Below, in pieces: positions 45,270 to 55,807 of a DNA stretch of 64,000 nt. Below the pieces are notes generated by a model that was not told the DNA's origin, searched no databases, and saw only the letters and a program-made list of their open reading frames with translations. The stretch covers positions 128,001 through 192,000 of the forward strand of contig CAVOID010000003.1 in the NCBI GenBank assembly GCA_963695875.1, in the 5' to 3' direction. How positions within the stretch are numbered: position 1 is the first letter of the stretch; each line of letters opens with the position of its first letter. Source of the stretch: an uncultured delta proteobacterium. GTDB lineage: Bacteria > Desulfobacterota > Syntrophia > Syntrophales > UBA2185. The position numbers and the translations under genes were made by a program.

Positions 45270-47558
45270 GTGATTGAAAAGCACATAACAAAAATTGCTT
45301 CGCAATTGAATGTGGGAAGTGAGCAGGTGCAGGCAACAGTCCTGCTTCTGGATGATGATGCCACTGTACCTTTTATTGCCCGCTATCGCAAAGAAGCAAC
45401 CGGTGGGTTGGACGAGGTCGCCATTATCGCCATACGTGATCAGTTAGAATATCTTCGCGCATTAGACAAGAGAAAGGAAGCAATCCTGAAATCGCTTGCT
45501 GACCATGGAAAGCTTAACGATGACTTGCAGGAAAAGGTCTTAAGTGCGGAAACATTAGCCGTTTTAGAGGATATTTATCTCCCCTATCGACCCAAACGTC
45601 GTACCCGCGGCACGATTGCCAAAGAAAAAGGTCTCGAGCCGCTGGCCGAAAAAATATTTGCACAACCCGATATGGATCTTAAGGTGGAGGCCGCGTCCTT
45701 CGTAAATCCTGAAAAGGGCGTGGAGACTGTGGAAGAAGCTCTTGCGGGTGCGCGGGATATTATTGCCGAATGGATCAATGAGAACGCTGATCTCAGAGCG
45801 AAACTCAGGGAACTTTTTACCGGCAAAGCTACAATCAGATCGAGGGTTGTCAAAGGCAAGGAAGAAGATGGCATGAAGTTCAAGGATTATTACGACTGGG
45901 AGGAGCCTGCCGCAAAAGCGCCGTCACACCGCATTCTGGCTATTCGCCGCGGCGAGGATGAGGGATACCTCACGTTCCACGTCTTTCCGGATGAAGAAGA
46001 AGCGATAGCCCTTGTGGAGCGCTGCTTTGTGAAGAATGACAGTCCCGCAGCCGGGCAGGTTCGCCTCGCGGCACGGGATAGTTACAAAAGACTGCTCTCA
46101 CTTTCGATGGAGACGGAGATACGTTTGCAATGCAAGAAACGGGCAGATGAGGAGGCCATCAAGGTATTTGCTGAAAACCTGCGGGAACTCCTCCTCGCAT
46201 CCCCTCTGGGGCAAAGAGCAGTTCTGGGAATCGATCCCGGCTACCGCACAGGGTGTAAGGTGGCATGCCTCGATGCCCAGGGCAAGCTCCTGCATAATGA
46301 GACGATATTTCCCATTGAACCGTTCAATCGTACGGAAGAATCGGTAAAGATTTTGAAGAAGCTGGTGGAAGCGTACCATATCGAGGCTATCGCCGTAGGG
46401 AACGGGACGGGAGGTCGTGAGACGGAAGCGTTCTGCAAGAAAATCGATTTCGGGAGGCCTGTTTCTGTGGTGATGGTTAATGAGAGCGGGGCATCGGTGT
46501 ATTCTGCTTCCGAGGTAGCGCGAGAGGAATTCCCGGATTTTGATGTTACCGTCCGGGGCGCTGTGTCTATCGGCAGGCGTCTCATGGATCCCCTGGCAGA
46601 GCTGGTTAAGATTGACCCGAAGTCCATCGGCGTCGGTCAATATCAGCATGATGTGGATCAGAAGGCCCTGAAGACTTCGCTTGACGATGTGGTTTCGAGT
46701 TCCGTCAATGCCGTGGGTGTCGAAATCAATACGGCAAGCAAAGAACTGCTGAAATATGTATCGGGTCATTCCGAGAGGCTAGCCGGAAATGTGATACGAT
46801 ATCGCAATGAAAATGGTGCCTTTCTGTCCAGGGAAGCCTTGATGAATGTTTCCGGCATGGGGCCTAAGACGTTCGAACAAGCAGCAGGCTTTCTGAGAAT
46901 TCGAGGCGCAAAAAATCCCCTCGATGCCTCGGCTGTTCATCCGGAAAGCTACGGAGTTGTCGAAGCAATGTCTCACGATCTGAAATGTACGGTAGCGGAT
47001 CTCATGAGCAATGCCGATCTGAGAAGTAAAATTAAATTACAAGACTATGTAACCGATAAGGTCGGCATGCCGACGCTTACAGACATCCTGGAAGAACTGG
47101 CAAAACCGGGCCGGGACCCGCGGGACCAGTTCGAGTTATTTTCATTTACGGAAGGTGTCAACGATATGACCGATCTGGAAATCGGTATGCATCTTCCCGG
47201 CATCGTGACGAACGTAACGGCATTCGGGGCGTTTGTTGACATCGGAGTGCATCAGGACGGTCTGGTGCATTTGAGCGAAATGGCGGATCGCTTCATTAGA
47301 AATCCGCACGATGTGCTAAAGGTTAATCAGAAGGTAAGGGTTACCGTCATCAATGTGGATGAGAAGCGAAAACGCATTTCTCTGTCTATGAGAACAAATC
47401 CGTTTGAACCGGGCCGGAAGTCTTCCGAAGACACATCTTCAAGGGAGACGAAGCAAGGTGGCAAATACATAAAGCCTCCACGTCGGGAGAAGAAGGAAGA
47501 ACAACCATCTAACCCGTTTGCAAAGGTCCTGAAGGACTTGAAGATCCCCAGGCATTAG
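45270..47558 (+). CDS. tex: Tex family RNA-binding transcription accessory protein
   Basis: VPFIARYRKE, DPGYRTGCK, VGQYQHDV and a C-terminal S1 domain. Confidence 0.95.
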   Translation: MIEKHITKIASQLNVGSEQVQATVLLLDDDATVPFIARYRKEATGGLDEVAIIAIRDQLEYLRALDKRKEAILKSLADHGKLNDDLQEKVLSAETLAVLEDIYLPYRPKRRTRGTIAKEKGLEPLAEKIFAQPDMDLKVEAASFVNPEKGVETVEEALAGARDIIAEWINENADLRAKLRELFTGKATIRSRVVKGKEEDGMKFKDYYDWEEPAAKAPSHRILAIRRGEDEGYLTFHVFPDEEEAIALVERCFVKNDSPAAGQVRLAARDSYKRLLSLSMETEIRLQCKKRADEEAIKVFAENLRELLLASPLGQRAVLGIDPGYRTGCKVACLDAQGKLLHNETIFPIEPFNRTEESVKILKKLVEAYHIEAIAVGNGTGGRETEAFCKKIDFGRPVSVVMVNESGASVYSASEVAREEFPDFDVTVRGAVSIGRRLMDPLAELVKIDPKSIGVGQYQHDVDQKALKTSLDDVVSSSVNAVGVEINTASKELLKYVSGHSERLAGNVIRYRNENGAFLSREALMNVSGMGPKTFEQAAGFLRIRGAKNPLDASAVHPESYGVVEAMSHDLKCTVADLMSNADLRSKIKLQDYVTDKVGMPTLTDILEELAKPGRDPRDQFELFSFTEGVNDMTDLEIGMHLPGIVTNVTAFGAFVDIGVHQDGLVHLSEMADRFIRNPHDVLKVNQKVRVTVINVDEKRKRISLSMRTNPFEPGRKSSEDTSSRETKQGGKYIKPPRREKKEEQPSNPFAKVLKDLKIPRH

Positions 47559-47571
47559 CCAGCCTTCAGGG

Positions 47572-49926
47572 TTGAGCGCTTCACAAAAAATAAAGAAGAG
47601 AGCTTTAAACAAGGGTGTTCATTTGATAATAACAAAAAAAAGAATCATCAAGTTCTTAGGCCTTTTTTTTGCTTTTATCTCCATAGGGATATTGCTTTAC
47701 TGCCTGTACAGTTCCTTTTTGATCGGTAAGCGATTCTCGACAAGAAGGTGGAGTATACCGTCAAAAGTATTTTCCGACACTACACTGCTCTTTCCTGGCC
47801 AGCGGATCGACCGGACGCTCTTCTTAAATAAACTGCGTCGTCTCGAATATCGTGATGTTCGGCATGTGCCGGGGAAAAATGGTGAAATGCGGATTATGGG
47901 GTCAGCCGTTGAATTGTATCTCCACGACCTGGAAATGCCGGATAAAAATCAAAAAGGCTTCCCAGTAAAAATTGTGTTCCGGAATCGAGAAATTGAGGAT
48001 ATTATCCGTCAGGATCATAACGAAAATTTGCCGCTCCTTGAACTGGAGCCGGAAAAAATAATGCTGTTTTTCGGCCCTGAAAGGCAACAGAGGCAGCTTG
48101 TGTCCATCGATCGGGTTCCAGAATATCTCATTCACGCCATTCTTACTGCAGAAGACAACCGATTCTATGAACATCATGGGGTCAATCTCCAGGCCATTCT
48201 TCGGGCCTTATATGTCAATATCCGACATGGGACGATACGGCAAGGGGGGTCGACGCTGACCCAACAGCTGGCCAAGAGTTACTTCCTGACACCGGAGAGA
48301 ACGTTTACCAGAAAAGGCAAGGAACTGCTCATGGCCCTGATAATGGAGGTCATGTATAAGAAAAAGGAAATAATCGAGATATACCTGAATGAAATTTATC
48401 TCGGCCAGAAGGGTTCCGTATCAATTAACGGTGTCGGCGAGGCCTCTTTCTTCTATTTTGGGAAGTCGGTTGATAGTCTTTCCCTGGCAGAGGCGGCAAC
48501 GATTGCAGGTCTTATCAAAAGCCCCGGTCTATATTCCCCTTATCTAAATAAAACAAAGTGCAGGGATCAAAGGAATAAAGTTCTTCACGATATGGAGAAG
48601 CTAGGTTACATTTCCCGGGAACAAATGGATAGAGCCCTCTTGGAGACGATTAAAACTGTCGGCTTCACAGTGTACGGCAAAAAGGCGCCGTATTTTGTCG
48701 ATTACCTCTCAAAGCAGCTCCCCACACTGTACTCTGCCGAAGTCCTTTCTTCGCAGGGACTCTCCATCTATACGACCCTTGATACGCAGGTTCAGGAGGC
48801 AGCGGAGAAGACCCTGGAAAGGGGATTGGCCCGTTTGGAAAAGTCCTATCCGGCCCTTATGCGTTCCAACCCGGAGCGGAAAATCCAGGGCGCCATCATC
48901 GTAATGCAGCCGAAAACCGGATATATTCTTGCGATGGTCGGCGGCAGAGATTACGGTAAAAGCCAGTTTAATCGGGCCACCCAGGCGCATCGTCAACCGG
49001 GCAGTGCATTCAAACCATTTGTTTATTTGACCGGCTTGGATCAATTCACCCCGGCGACACTGCTCTCCAATAATCCGAAGCAGTATGAAGTTGAGGGGAA
49101 ATTATGGACACCGCATAATTTGGGGCCTGTTTCTGAAGAGGGGATAAGGATGAGAGATGCCCTGGCAAAGTCGGATAATCTGGCAACTGTCGATCTGGCT
49201 ATGAAAGTCGGTCTCGACCGGATTGTGAACACAGTCAATACCTTTCAGTTTTCAACACCCATAAAGCCGCAGCCCTCCCTTGCATTGGGGGCCTATGAAG
49301 TCATTCCCCTTGAACTGGCAAGGGCTTACTGCACATTTGCTTCCGACGGCGTGGAACCTTATCCTCTGTCCCTGAAGACTGTCGTAGCTGAAAACGGGAA
49401 TATCCTGGAACGAAGACACATGACCATCCAGAATATCATTTCACCGGCAAAGGCTTATGTCATAAGCGATATGCTGAGAAGCGTGATTACAGAAGGGACG
49501 GGGAAATCACTTAAGAACATGGGAATTTCATTTCCTGTCGCGGGAAAGACAGGAACAACAAACGATTACAGGGATGCCTGGTTTGTCGGATATACCCCGG
49601 ACCTCCTGGTACTGGTGTGGGTGGGTTTTGATAATGGAGATACATTATTTGTAGAAGGTGCTGTTGCCGCACTGCCCATTTGGGCTGACCTTGTAAGTGC
49701 CATACCGCAATATATCTCAGGTGGTTGGTTTGTAATGCCTCCCGGTGTTGTTAAGAGAAAAATTTGTCCACAAAGCGGACAATTAGCCGTCGAAACCGGG
49801 TGTCCCGGGCCTATCGAAGAGGTCTTTCTCGCTGAAAATGCACCTGTTGGATATTGTCAAATTCCGGAGCATCGTCAGTATGGTGGAGTATTGAAGAAAA
49901 TGTGGAAAAAATTGTGGAGGAAGTAG
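47572..49926 (+). CDS. Penicillin-binding protein 1B family with UB2H-like region
   Basis: TM followed by WSIPSKVF, UB2H-like insert, EDNRF, QGGSTLTQQ, GSAFKP and KTG. Confidence 0.9.
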   Translation: MSASQKIKKRALNKGVHLIITKKRIIKFLGLFFAFISIGILLYCLYSSFLIGKRFSTRRWSIPSKVFSDTTLLFPGQRIDRTLFLNKLRRLEYRDVRHVPGKNGEMRIMGSAVELYLHDLEMPDKNQKGFPVKIVFRNREIEDIIRQDHNENLPLLELEPEKIMLFFGPERQQRQLVSIDRVPEYLIHAILTAEDNRFYEHHGVNLQAILRALYVNIRHGTIRQGGSTLTQQLAKSYFLTPERTFTRKGKELLMALIMEVMYKKKEIIEIYLNEIYLGQKGSVSINGVGEASFFYFGKSVDSLSLAEAATIAGLIKSPGLYSPYLNKTKCRDQRNKVLHDMEKLGYISREQMDRALLETIKTVGFTVYGKKAPYFVDYLSKQLPTLYSAEVLSSQGLSIYTTLDTQVQEAAEKTLERGLARLEKSYPALMRSNPERKIQGAIIVMQPKTGYILAMVGGRDYGKSQFNRATQAHRQPGSAFKPFVYLTGLDQFTPATLLSNNPKQYEVEGKLWTPHNLGPVSEEGIRMRDALAKSDNLATVDLAMKVGLDRIVNTVNTFQFSTPIKPQPSLALGAYEVIPLELARAYCTFASDGVEPYPLSLKTVVAENGNILERRHMTIQNIISPAKAYVISDMLRSVITEGTGKSLKNMGISFPVAGKTGTTNDYRDAWFVGYTPDLLVLVWVGFDNGDTLFVEGAVAALPIWADLVSAIPQYISGGWFVMPPGVVKRKICPQSGQLAVETGCPGPIEEVFLAENAPVGYCQIPEHRQYGGVLKKMWKKLWRK

Positions 49927-49929
49927 GAG

Positions 49930-50359
49930 ATGAACAGTAAACCGATCAAAAAATTCTTATTGTATTTATTTTGTTTCATCCTGTCAGGATGTTCCATGCT
50001 TTTTCCATCGAAACATCCGCCGATGACATCTCAAGAGGAGAGAATAGGGAACAAAGGAATTGCCAGAGGAAAGACCTCGCTCAAGGGAAATGGCAGCCCT
50101 TCACCTAACGGAACAGGGGAAAATGCTCCTCGAAAGCGGTAAAATCGATGATGCAATCAGTGTTCTGGAGCGGGCCGTCAGTATCTATGGCACCAACGGT
50201 AAAAACTATTATTACCTTGCGGAAGCCTGGCTTAAGAAAGGAAATATAATGCAGGCAAGGGAGTGGAGTCGACTGGCGGAGATGTATCTGGCGGGGGATC
50301 GTGAGTGGTCACAGCGGATTTCTGAACAACGCGAGAGGATCCGCTCGCGTATCAGGTGA
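49930..50359 (+). CDS. TPR lipoprotein, LpoP-like PBP1B activator candidate (frameshift near 50055)
   Basis: LSGC lipobox; TPR-like AISVLERAVSI..YYYLAEAW; 3 bp after the PBP1B gene. Confidence 0.7.
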
Positions 50360-51027
50360 TATTTTTTTGGTAGGAGTGACAATCCGGCACGCGTAAAAAT
50401 AATATCAATCTTATATGTAAAAGTTAAAACTTGTCCTGGCGGACAGTGTCAAATTAGTTAATATATCATATAATTATCTTAACTTTTTCAAATGAGCAGA
50501 GCAACAAAATAATCTCAGATAGTCATCGTTGAAAACGCTGGACTTTTCTTCCCATATGTTGAAACCACAACGATTAACGCATCCCTGCTATTACAATGAA
50601 ACGGGGATTTTTGTCTTTAGCCTTATATATTTGAGTATATACTTGGAGGATAAAATTGGCTATGAAATGCGGGATGTTCTCAGATAAGTAAAAAATGATT
50701 TCTAAAGATTGTTTGATGCTGAAGGAATTATTGATCCTCATCTGTATCATTAAAAGGTTAGTAATATTCTTGTGTTATTAGGAAACTGAGGAATATCAGG
50801 AAAAAACAAAATAAGTCTTGACATTCAGTTAGGGTCATACTAGAAAACTCAAAGTATATGTACCCTTCAACTAGGTTACAGTTGGCAAATAGGGTATAGT
50901 AAAAGTTGGATCAGACATATTGAAGTGCAAAGGTTGGCCACCATGCTCTTTAGGTCTTGGTGGCTTTTTCTTTCTGTTATAGCTGTAATCCGACTTTGAG
51001 AAAATTTGAGAAAGGAGGATTAAAGCG

Positions 51028-51228
51028 ATGTCAGAAGGTAAAGTGAAGTGGTTTAATGAACATAAAGGCTTTGGTTTCATCGAAAAAGATGAAGGTGGCG
51101 ATGTGTTTGTTCATCACAGTGCCATACAAGCAGTCGGTTTCAAGACCTTGTATGAAGGCCAGCGTGTCAGCTTTGATGTTACGCAGGGCAAGAAAGGCCC
51201 GGCAGCAGAAAACGTGAAGATCTTATAG
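51028..51228 (+). CDS. csp: Cold-shock protein
   Basis: GKVKWFN..KGFGFI and DVFVHHS. Confidence 0.97.
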   Translation: MSEGKVKWFNEHKGFGFIEKDEGGDVFVHHSAIQAVGFKTLYEGQRVSFDVTQGKKGPAAENVKIL

Positions 51229-51246
51229 TATCATTGATCGTTAAAA

Positions 51247-51288
51247 AAAGGCACTCCTCTATGGGTTACCATATACCGGAGTGCCTTT
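51247..51288 (+). terminator. Terminator after csp
   Basis: AAAGGCACTCC / GGAGTGCCTTT. Confidence 0.75.
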
Positions 51289-51330
51289 CCTTTTGTAAAA
51301 AACCGAGTATGCAATTGATACATGCTAACC

Positions 51331-51443
51331 TGAATCCGTAGCGAGCGCATTCCCCGAAGCTCGCTTTAGTGTCAGCGAGCGAATACTAATAATAAAATCT
51401 ATAAGGATCGAAGCTTTCCCGAGGTATGCCGCTGGGAGCTTCA
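51331..51443. repeat. MITE/REP-like element
   Basis: TGAA...TTCA ends; internal AGCGAGC / GCTCGCT inverted repeats. Confidence 0.45.
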
Positions 51444-51482
51444 TGTGTGTTGATTAAGACATCAATTGCAGGAAGGGAAATC

Positions 51483-52061
51483 ATGCAAAAACTTTTGAAT
51501 TCTTTTTTAGTGGTTATCGCTATAGGTTTATTGATAGTTCCTAACTGCGAAAACATATTAGGAGCGGAAGGCTCTTTATACCCGCAAGGCTATAACGAAG
51601 CAGTGGAACGCGCTATGGTGAAATCTATTTTATGGGCTAACGACGAACAGCTCCGCAGATTGGTAAATATTGTAGAAAAAAAATATGGCAGTCAGATCGA
51701 CGAGATATCAAAAAAGTATTATGCTTGCCCGAAAGACATCAAGGCTATTGCTATCGTTGAATCTTTAATGGATGAAAATGCCGAATCCAGTGTCGGCGCA
51801 ATAGGCCTTATGGGAGTTAAACGAATGACCGGGAAGGAGATGGGGTTTGATGATATTGAACGCCCCTTAAATAACCTTGAAGCCGGAACAAAATACTATA
51901 CGGTCTTACTTGAAAGATTCAAAGATCGAGAATTAGCATTGGCAGCCTATAACCTTGGCCCGGGTGAAGTGGAAAACAGATTAAACAAGGGATTTAATCC
52001 TGAAACGATTGATTATATATGGAAAATCAGACGAGTCAGTCGATTTGTTATGCAAATCTGA
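51483..52061 (+). CDS. Lytic transglycosylase (SLT domain), exported
   Basis: VES..AESSVGAIGLMG and LALAAYNLG; N-terminal hydrophobic segment. Confidence 0.85.
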   Translation: MQKLLNSFLVVIAIGLLIVPNCENILGAEGSLYPQGYNEAVERAMVKSILWANDEQLRRLVNIVEKKYGSQIDEISKKYYACPKDIKAIAIVESLMDENAESSVGAIGLMGVKRMTGKEMGFDDIERPLNNLEAGTKYYTVLLERFKDRELALAAYNLGPGEVENRLNKGFNPETIDYIWKIRRVSRFVMQI

Positions 52062-52143
52062 TTCAAAATCTCCGATTAAGACGTAGCTATTTTGTCATTT
52101 CGACCACATTGAGGTGAGAGATCCTTTCCGTATGCGGAAGCCC

Positions 52144-52235
52144 TGAATCTTGTGTGAGGAAAGCGAGCCATCTAAATGAATTTGGTATGTAAAGCCATAC
52201 AGTGGTATGCCTGCCCTTACACTCACTAAGATTCA
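52144..52235. repeat. Inverted-repeat-bounded element (MITE-like or structured RNA)
   Basis: TGAATCTTGTG ... CACTAAGATTCA ends. Confidence 0.45.
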
Positions 52236-52391
52236 TGACAACTATTCAAAAAAAGTGATTGAAAAGCCGCCGACCATGGATAGAATCGCTCAATTTAATA
52301 TGGTGCCACAGGAATTGAACTGTGGAGATTGCTAAAGTCAAACCATTATTGTCTTTAGCAACATACACGGTCTGTTGTGCCCGTTTTCACG

Positions 52392-52420
52392 TTGACACAC
52401 TCGTCCTTTTTCTCTATACT
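52392..52420 (+). promoter_or_regulatory. Sigma-70 promoter of the ABC-F gene
   Basis: TTGACA-N17-TATACT. Confidence 0.75.
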
Positions 52421-52458
52421 CCTCTCACCTGAAGAGAGACAATTTCGGTGTTTAATCC

Positions 52459-54477
52459 GTGATTTATCTGAATAACATAACGCTCGCCTTCTCCGACCAC
52501 AGGATCTTCGAGAACATCACTTGGATGATTCCAGAAAAGAGCAGGATCGGCCTGGTAGGAGATAACGGCACCGGGAAAACAACCCTGTTAAAAGCGATTT
52601 TGGGAATGGTTGACCTCGACCGAGGCTCCATCGAAATCCCTAACCGGAAAAACCGGACGATCGGTTATCTGCCCCAGGATCTGGTGGACCTGGAACCTCT
52701 TCCCCTGATAGACTATCTCAGAAAAAAAAGCGGCATAGCTGATCTCGAGCAGACGCTGAAGAATTATGAAAGCCGGATGTCCCGGTGCGATCCTGAATCG
52801 GCCGAGTATGGCGAGATACTCGATGCATATGAGGCAACCGCCGCTCGGTTTCAGTCCATTGAGGGATACCGCTTTGACGCTAAGGCCAAGCAGATCCTGA
52901 ATGGCTTCGGGTTCCGGGAAGAGGATTTCTCTGAGAACTGCAGTGAATTTTCGGGTGGCTGGAAGATGCGGATTCTGATTGCCCTGATCCTCCTTTCCGC
53001 CCCGGATATTATGCTTCTCGATGAACCCACCAACCACCTGGATACGGAGAGCATGGAGTGGCTGGAAAGCTATCTGAAAAATTACCACGGCACCCTGCTT
53101 ACAATTGCCCACGACCGTGTGTTCCTTGACAAAATGGTCAATCAGATTGTTGAATTATCCAACCACCGCCTCACCGTCTACAAAGGAAATTACTCCTACT
53201 ATCTGGCGGAAAAAGAAAGACGTCTGGAAGTCCTGAAAAAACAGATGGCCCTCCAGCGGACAGAGATCAAAAAGACACAGGAATTTATCGAACGGTTCCG
53301 GTATAAGGCCACCAAGGCTAAACAGGTTCAAAGCCGCATCAAGATGCTGGAACGCTTTGAACTCATCGAACTTGAACAGAGGGGAAAACAGGTCCATTTC
53401 CAGTTTCCCGAAGCGCCGAAAAGCCGCAGGGAGGTCGTCTCTGTCCGGCACGTTTCCAAAAGTTACGACAATGTGAATGTGTTCAACTCTGTTGATCTGA
53501 CAATTTACCGTGGTGAGAAAATAGCCCTGGTCGGTGTAAATGGGGCCGGTAAATCCACACTGGCCAGGATTCTGAGCGGTACGGAAGAACCGTCTTCCGG
53601 GACCGTAACATACGGACTCAATGTGAGTATGGCTTTTTTTTCTCAGGAAAGCGCCCAAAATCTCGACTATCAGCGAACCATCTGGGATGAGGTCAACATG
53701 ACAGGGACCCGCAGCAATGACCAGGAAAAGCGGAACCTCCTGGGCGCATTTCTCTTTTCCGGGGATGACATCTATAAGGAGATTTCTGTCCTCTCCGGCG
53801 GGGAGAAGTCCCGATTGGCCCTGCTGAAAATCCTACTTCAGGATTCCAACCTGCTGATCCTCGACGAACCCACCAATCATCTTGACCTTAAAACGAAAGA
53901 AATTTTTCAGAACGCCCTGCTTGGGTATACAGGTACGGTCGTCATTGTCTCTCATGATCGTTTCTTTTTGGACTGTCTTGTTAACCGGGTGATCGAGATT
54001 CGTGACGGTCAATGCAACGAATATCATGGCAACTATTCTTATTTTATACAGAAGCGCAGTGAAATGGGCGCAACCAGTCCGGGGAGGATTGACGCAAAAC
54101 AGGTTCAGAATCTGAGAGGATCATCTGAAACTTTACGGCCATCCGCGGCTGAAGATCCGCCCGATGATCAGGGGATAACATCAGGCCGGAGGGCTTTTAA
54201 GACAAAAGAGGAAAAGCGGCTGGAAGCGGAGGAACGAAACCGGCTCTCCCGGATAACAAGGACTGTAAAAAGTGAACTTAAGTCACTGGAAAACCGTATT
54301 ATCCATCTTGAAGAAAAGAAAGCAGAGCATGAGAGGACCCTCTGCGGGCCGGACATTTACAGAGAACCGCAACAAATCAAACAGCTAAATCAGGAACTTG
54401 TTGATATCGCGAGAGAGCTTGAAGAGCTTTATGTCTCATGGGAGGATGTAACTAAAAAACTGGAAGCCCTTCAGTAG
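52459..54477 (+). CDS. ABC-F family ATPase
   Basis: Two NBDs (GDNGTGKT, FSGGW, LDEPTNHLD; GVNGAGKS, LSGGEK), no TM segments, C-terminal coiled coil. Confidence 0.95.
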   Translation: MIYLNNITLAFSDHRIFENITWMIPEKSRIGLVGDNGTGKTTLLKAILGMVDLDRGSIEIPNRKNRTIGYLPQDLVDLEPLPLIDYLRKKSGIADLEQTLKNYESRMSRCDPESAEYGEILDAYEATAARFQSIEGYRFDAKAKQILNGFGFREEDFSENCSEFSGGWKMRILIALILLSAPDIMLLDEPTNHLDTESMEWLESYLKNYHGTLLTIAHDRVFLDKMVNQIVELSNHRLTVYKGNYSYYLAEKERRLEVLKKQMALQRTEIKKTQEFIERFRYKATKAKQVQSRIKMLERFELIELEQRGKQVHFQFPEAPKSRREVVSVRHVSKSYDNVNVFNSVDLTIYRGEKIALVGVNGAGKSTLARILSGTEEPSSGTVTYGLNVSMAFFSQESAQNLDYQRTIWDEVNMTGTRSNDQEKRNLLGAFLFSGDDIYKEISVLSGGEKSRLALLKILLQDSNLLILDEPTNHLDLKTKEIFQNALLGYTGTVVIVSHDRFFLDCLVNRVIEIRDGQCNEYHGNYSYFIQKRSEMGATSPGRIDAKQVQNLRGSSETLRPSAAEDPPDDQGITSGRRAFKTKEEKRLEAEERNRLSRITRTVKSELKSLENRIIHLEEKKAEHERTLCGPDIYREPQQIKQLNQELVDIARELEELYVSWEDVTKKLEALQ

Positions 54478-55394
54478 AGCCAGTTGAGTCTTTCCTTGAA
54501 TTCCTCGGGGCTGATCTTGTAGTCCTGCGTTCCGTAACACTCCACAGCGAAGGAAGCGCATACGCTGCCCATCCTTGCGCACTGCTCGATGTCCATGCCC
54601 CGGACGAGCCCGCTGATCAGCCCGCCCCTGTATGAATCGCCGGCGCCTGTCGGATCCTCTACCTTCTTTGGTTTTACAACAGGAATGCTTATTTCTCCAG
54701 TTGTCGTTGATACCTGTGACCCCTGCTCACCCAGAGTTACAATGATAACCCTGGCCCGTTTAAGCAAGGCTTCTTTTTTTAACCCGGTCTTGCTCATTAT
54801 AAGATCCAACTCATAATCATTGGAGATCAGAATGTGGCAACCGTCAATGGCATCTACCAGGTCTTCGGCATCCAGCACGGGCAAAGATTGTCCGGGGTCA
54901 AAGATATAGTCAATCCCCCTGGCCTTACAGGCGCGGGGGTAATTTACCATGTCCTCGAGATTGCCGGGAGAGACGATGACAATGGTATCCGCAGGATTGA
55001 GTTTGTCGAAATCCATCGACGAAGAATATTTCATTGCACCCGGGTTGAAGCCGGTAATCTGGTTATCGGCCAGGTCTGTAGTTATGTAAGCGCAGGCCGT
55101 AAAGTCGTCTTCTATGATTTTGATGTTTTCTGTAGGAATCCCATTCTTCGTAAGCCAATCGAGGTACCTGTGATAATCATGGCCGATTGTAGCGGAGATT
55201 GTCGGCTTTTCACCCATCAGGGTGAGTGCATAGGCGATATTGCCCGCGGTACCGCCGAATTTCTCCTTCATGCCATTCACCTGGAAGCAGACATTCAAAA
55301 CATGTATCTTCCCTGGGAGAATATGGTCCGAGAAGTGTCCCGGGAAATCCATGATCCTGTCGTATGCCAGTGACCCGGAAACAATGATATTCAT
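54471..55394 (-). CDS. PfkB family carbohydrate/nucleoside kinase (adenosine-kinase-like)
   Basis: GSLAYD, FGGTAGN and DPTGAGD. Confidence 0.9.
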   Translation of the reverse strand: MNIIVSGSLAYDRIMDFPGHFSDHILPGKIHVLNVCFQVNGMKEKFGGTAGNIAYALTLMGEKPTISATIGHDYHRYLDWLTKNGIPTENIKIIEDDFTACAYITTDLADNQITGFNPGAMKYSSSMDFDKLNPADTIVIVSPGNLEDMVNYPRACKARGIDYIFDPGQSLPVLDAEDLVDAIDGCHILISNDYELDLIMSKTGLKKEALLKRARVIIVTLGEQGSQVSTTTGEISIPVVKPKKVEDPTGAGDSYRGGLISGLVRGMDIEQCARMGSVCASFAVECYGTQDYKISPEEFKERLNWLY

Positions 55395-55408
55395 ATTAAT
55401 GAGACCTC

Positions 55409-55807
55409 TCAAATCAGTTCGAAATCATCGTCATGGAAACAACGCAGCCAGTCGTGCGCGCTGGGTTCAGTCGAGGCAAACGCGGACATCCTTGCATCAT
55501 CAATAATCTGATCATGGGTTATGATACACACCGGCCAGCCCGGATAGCCCGGCGAAACAGCACAGTTATCGTTTATACGATAGGCAAAGAATTTTTTTTC
55601 GCTGCAGGAAATCCGGTATCTTCTGTCGTGGTGCTTGATCCGGAGCGTCTGGTTGAGCCATCCTTTGCTCATAAAAACGCCGACAAATTTCTGCAAGACG
55701 TCTGTCGGATTTTTTTCTGCATGTTTTTGCAAAGGTGTGTTTCCGCCTTTCATGTTTCCCCTACTGATAATATTATAATAAAGCTGTCCAGTTTTTGCGT
55801 TTACCAT
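55409..55807 (-). CDS. Hypothetical protein (start uncertain)
   Basis: ORF co-oriented with and abutting pfkB. Confidence 0.5.
   Translation of the reverse strand: MVNAKTGQLYYNIISRGNMKGGNTPLQKHAEKNPTDVLQKFVGVFMSKGWLNQTLRIKHHDRRYRISCSEKKFFAYRINDNCAVSPGYPGWPVCIITHDQIIDDARMSAFASTEPSAHDWLRCFHDDDFELI

Noticed and set aside
50360..50820. AT-rich 460-bp gap as a CRISPR array or hidden gene
   Set aside because: No direct repeats with spacers and no credible ORF.
52126..52240. 6S RNA or riboswitch
   Set aside because: Too short and I recognise no conserved motif; kept only as a repeat or structured-element candidate.
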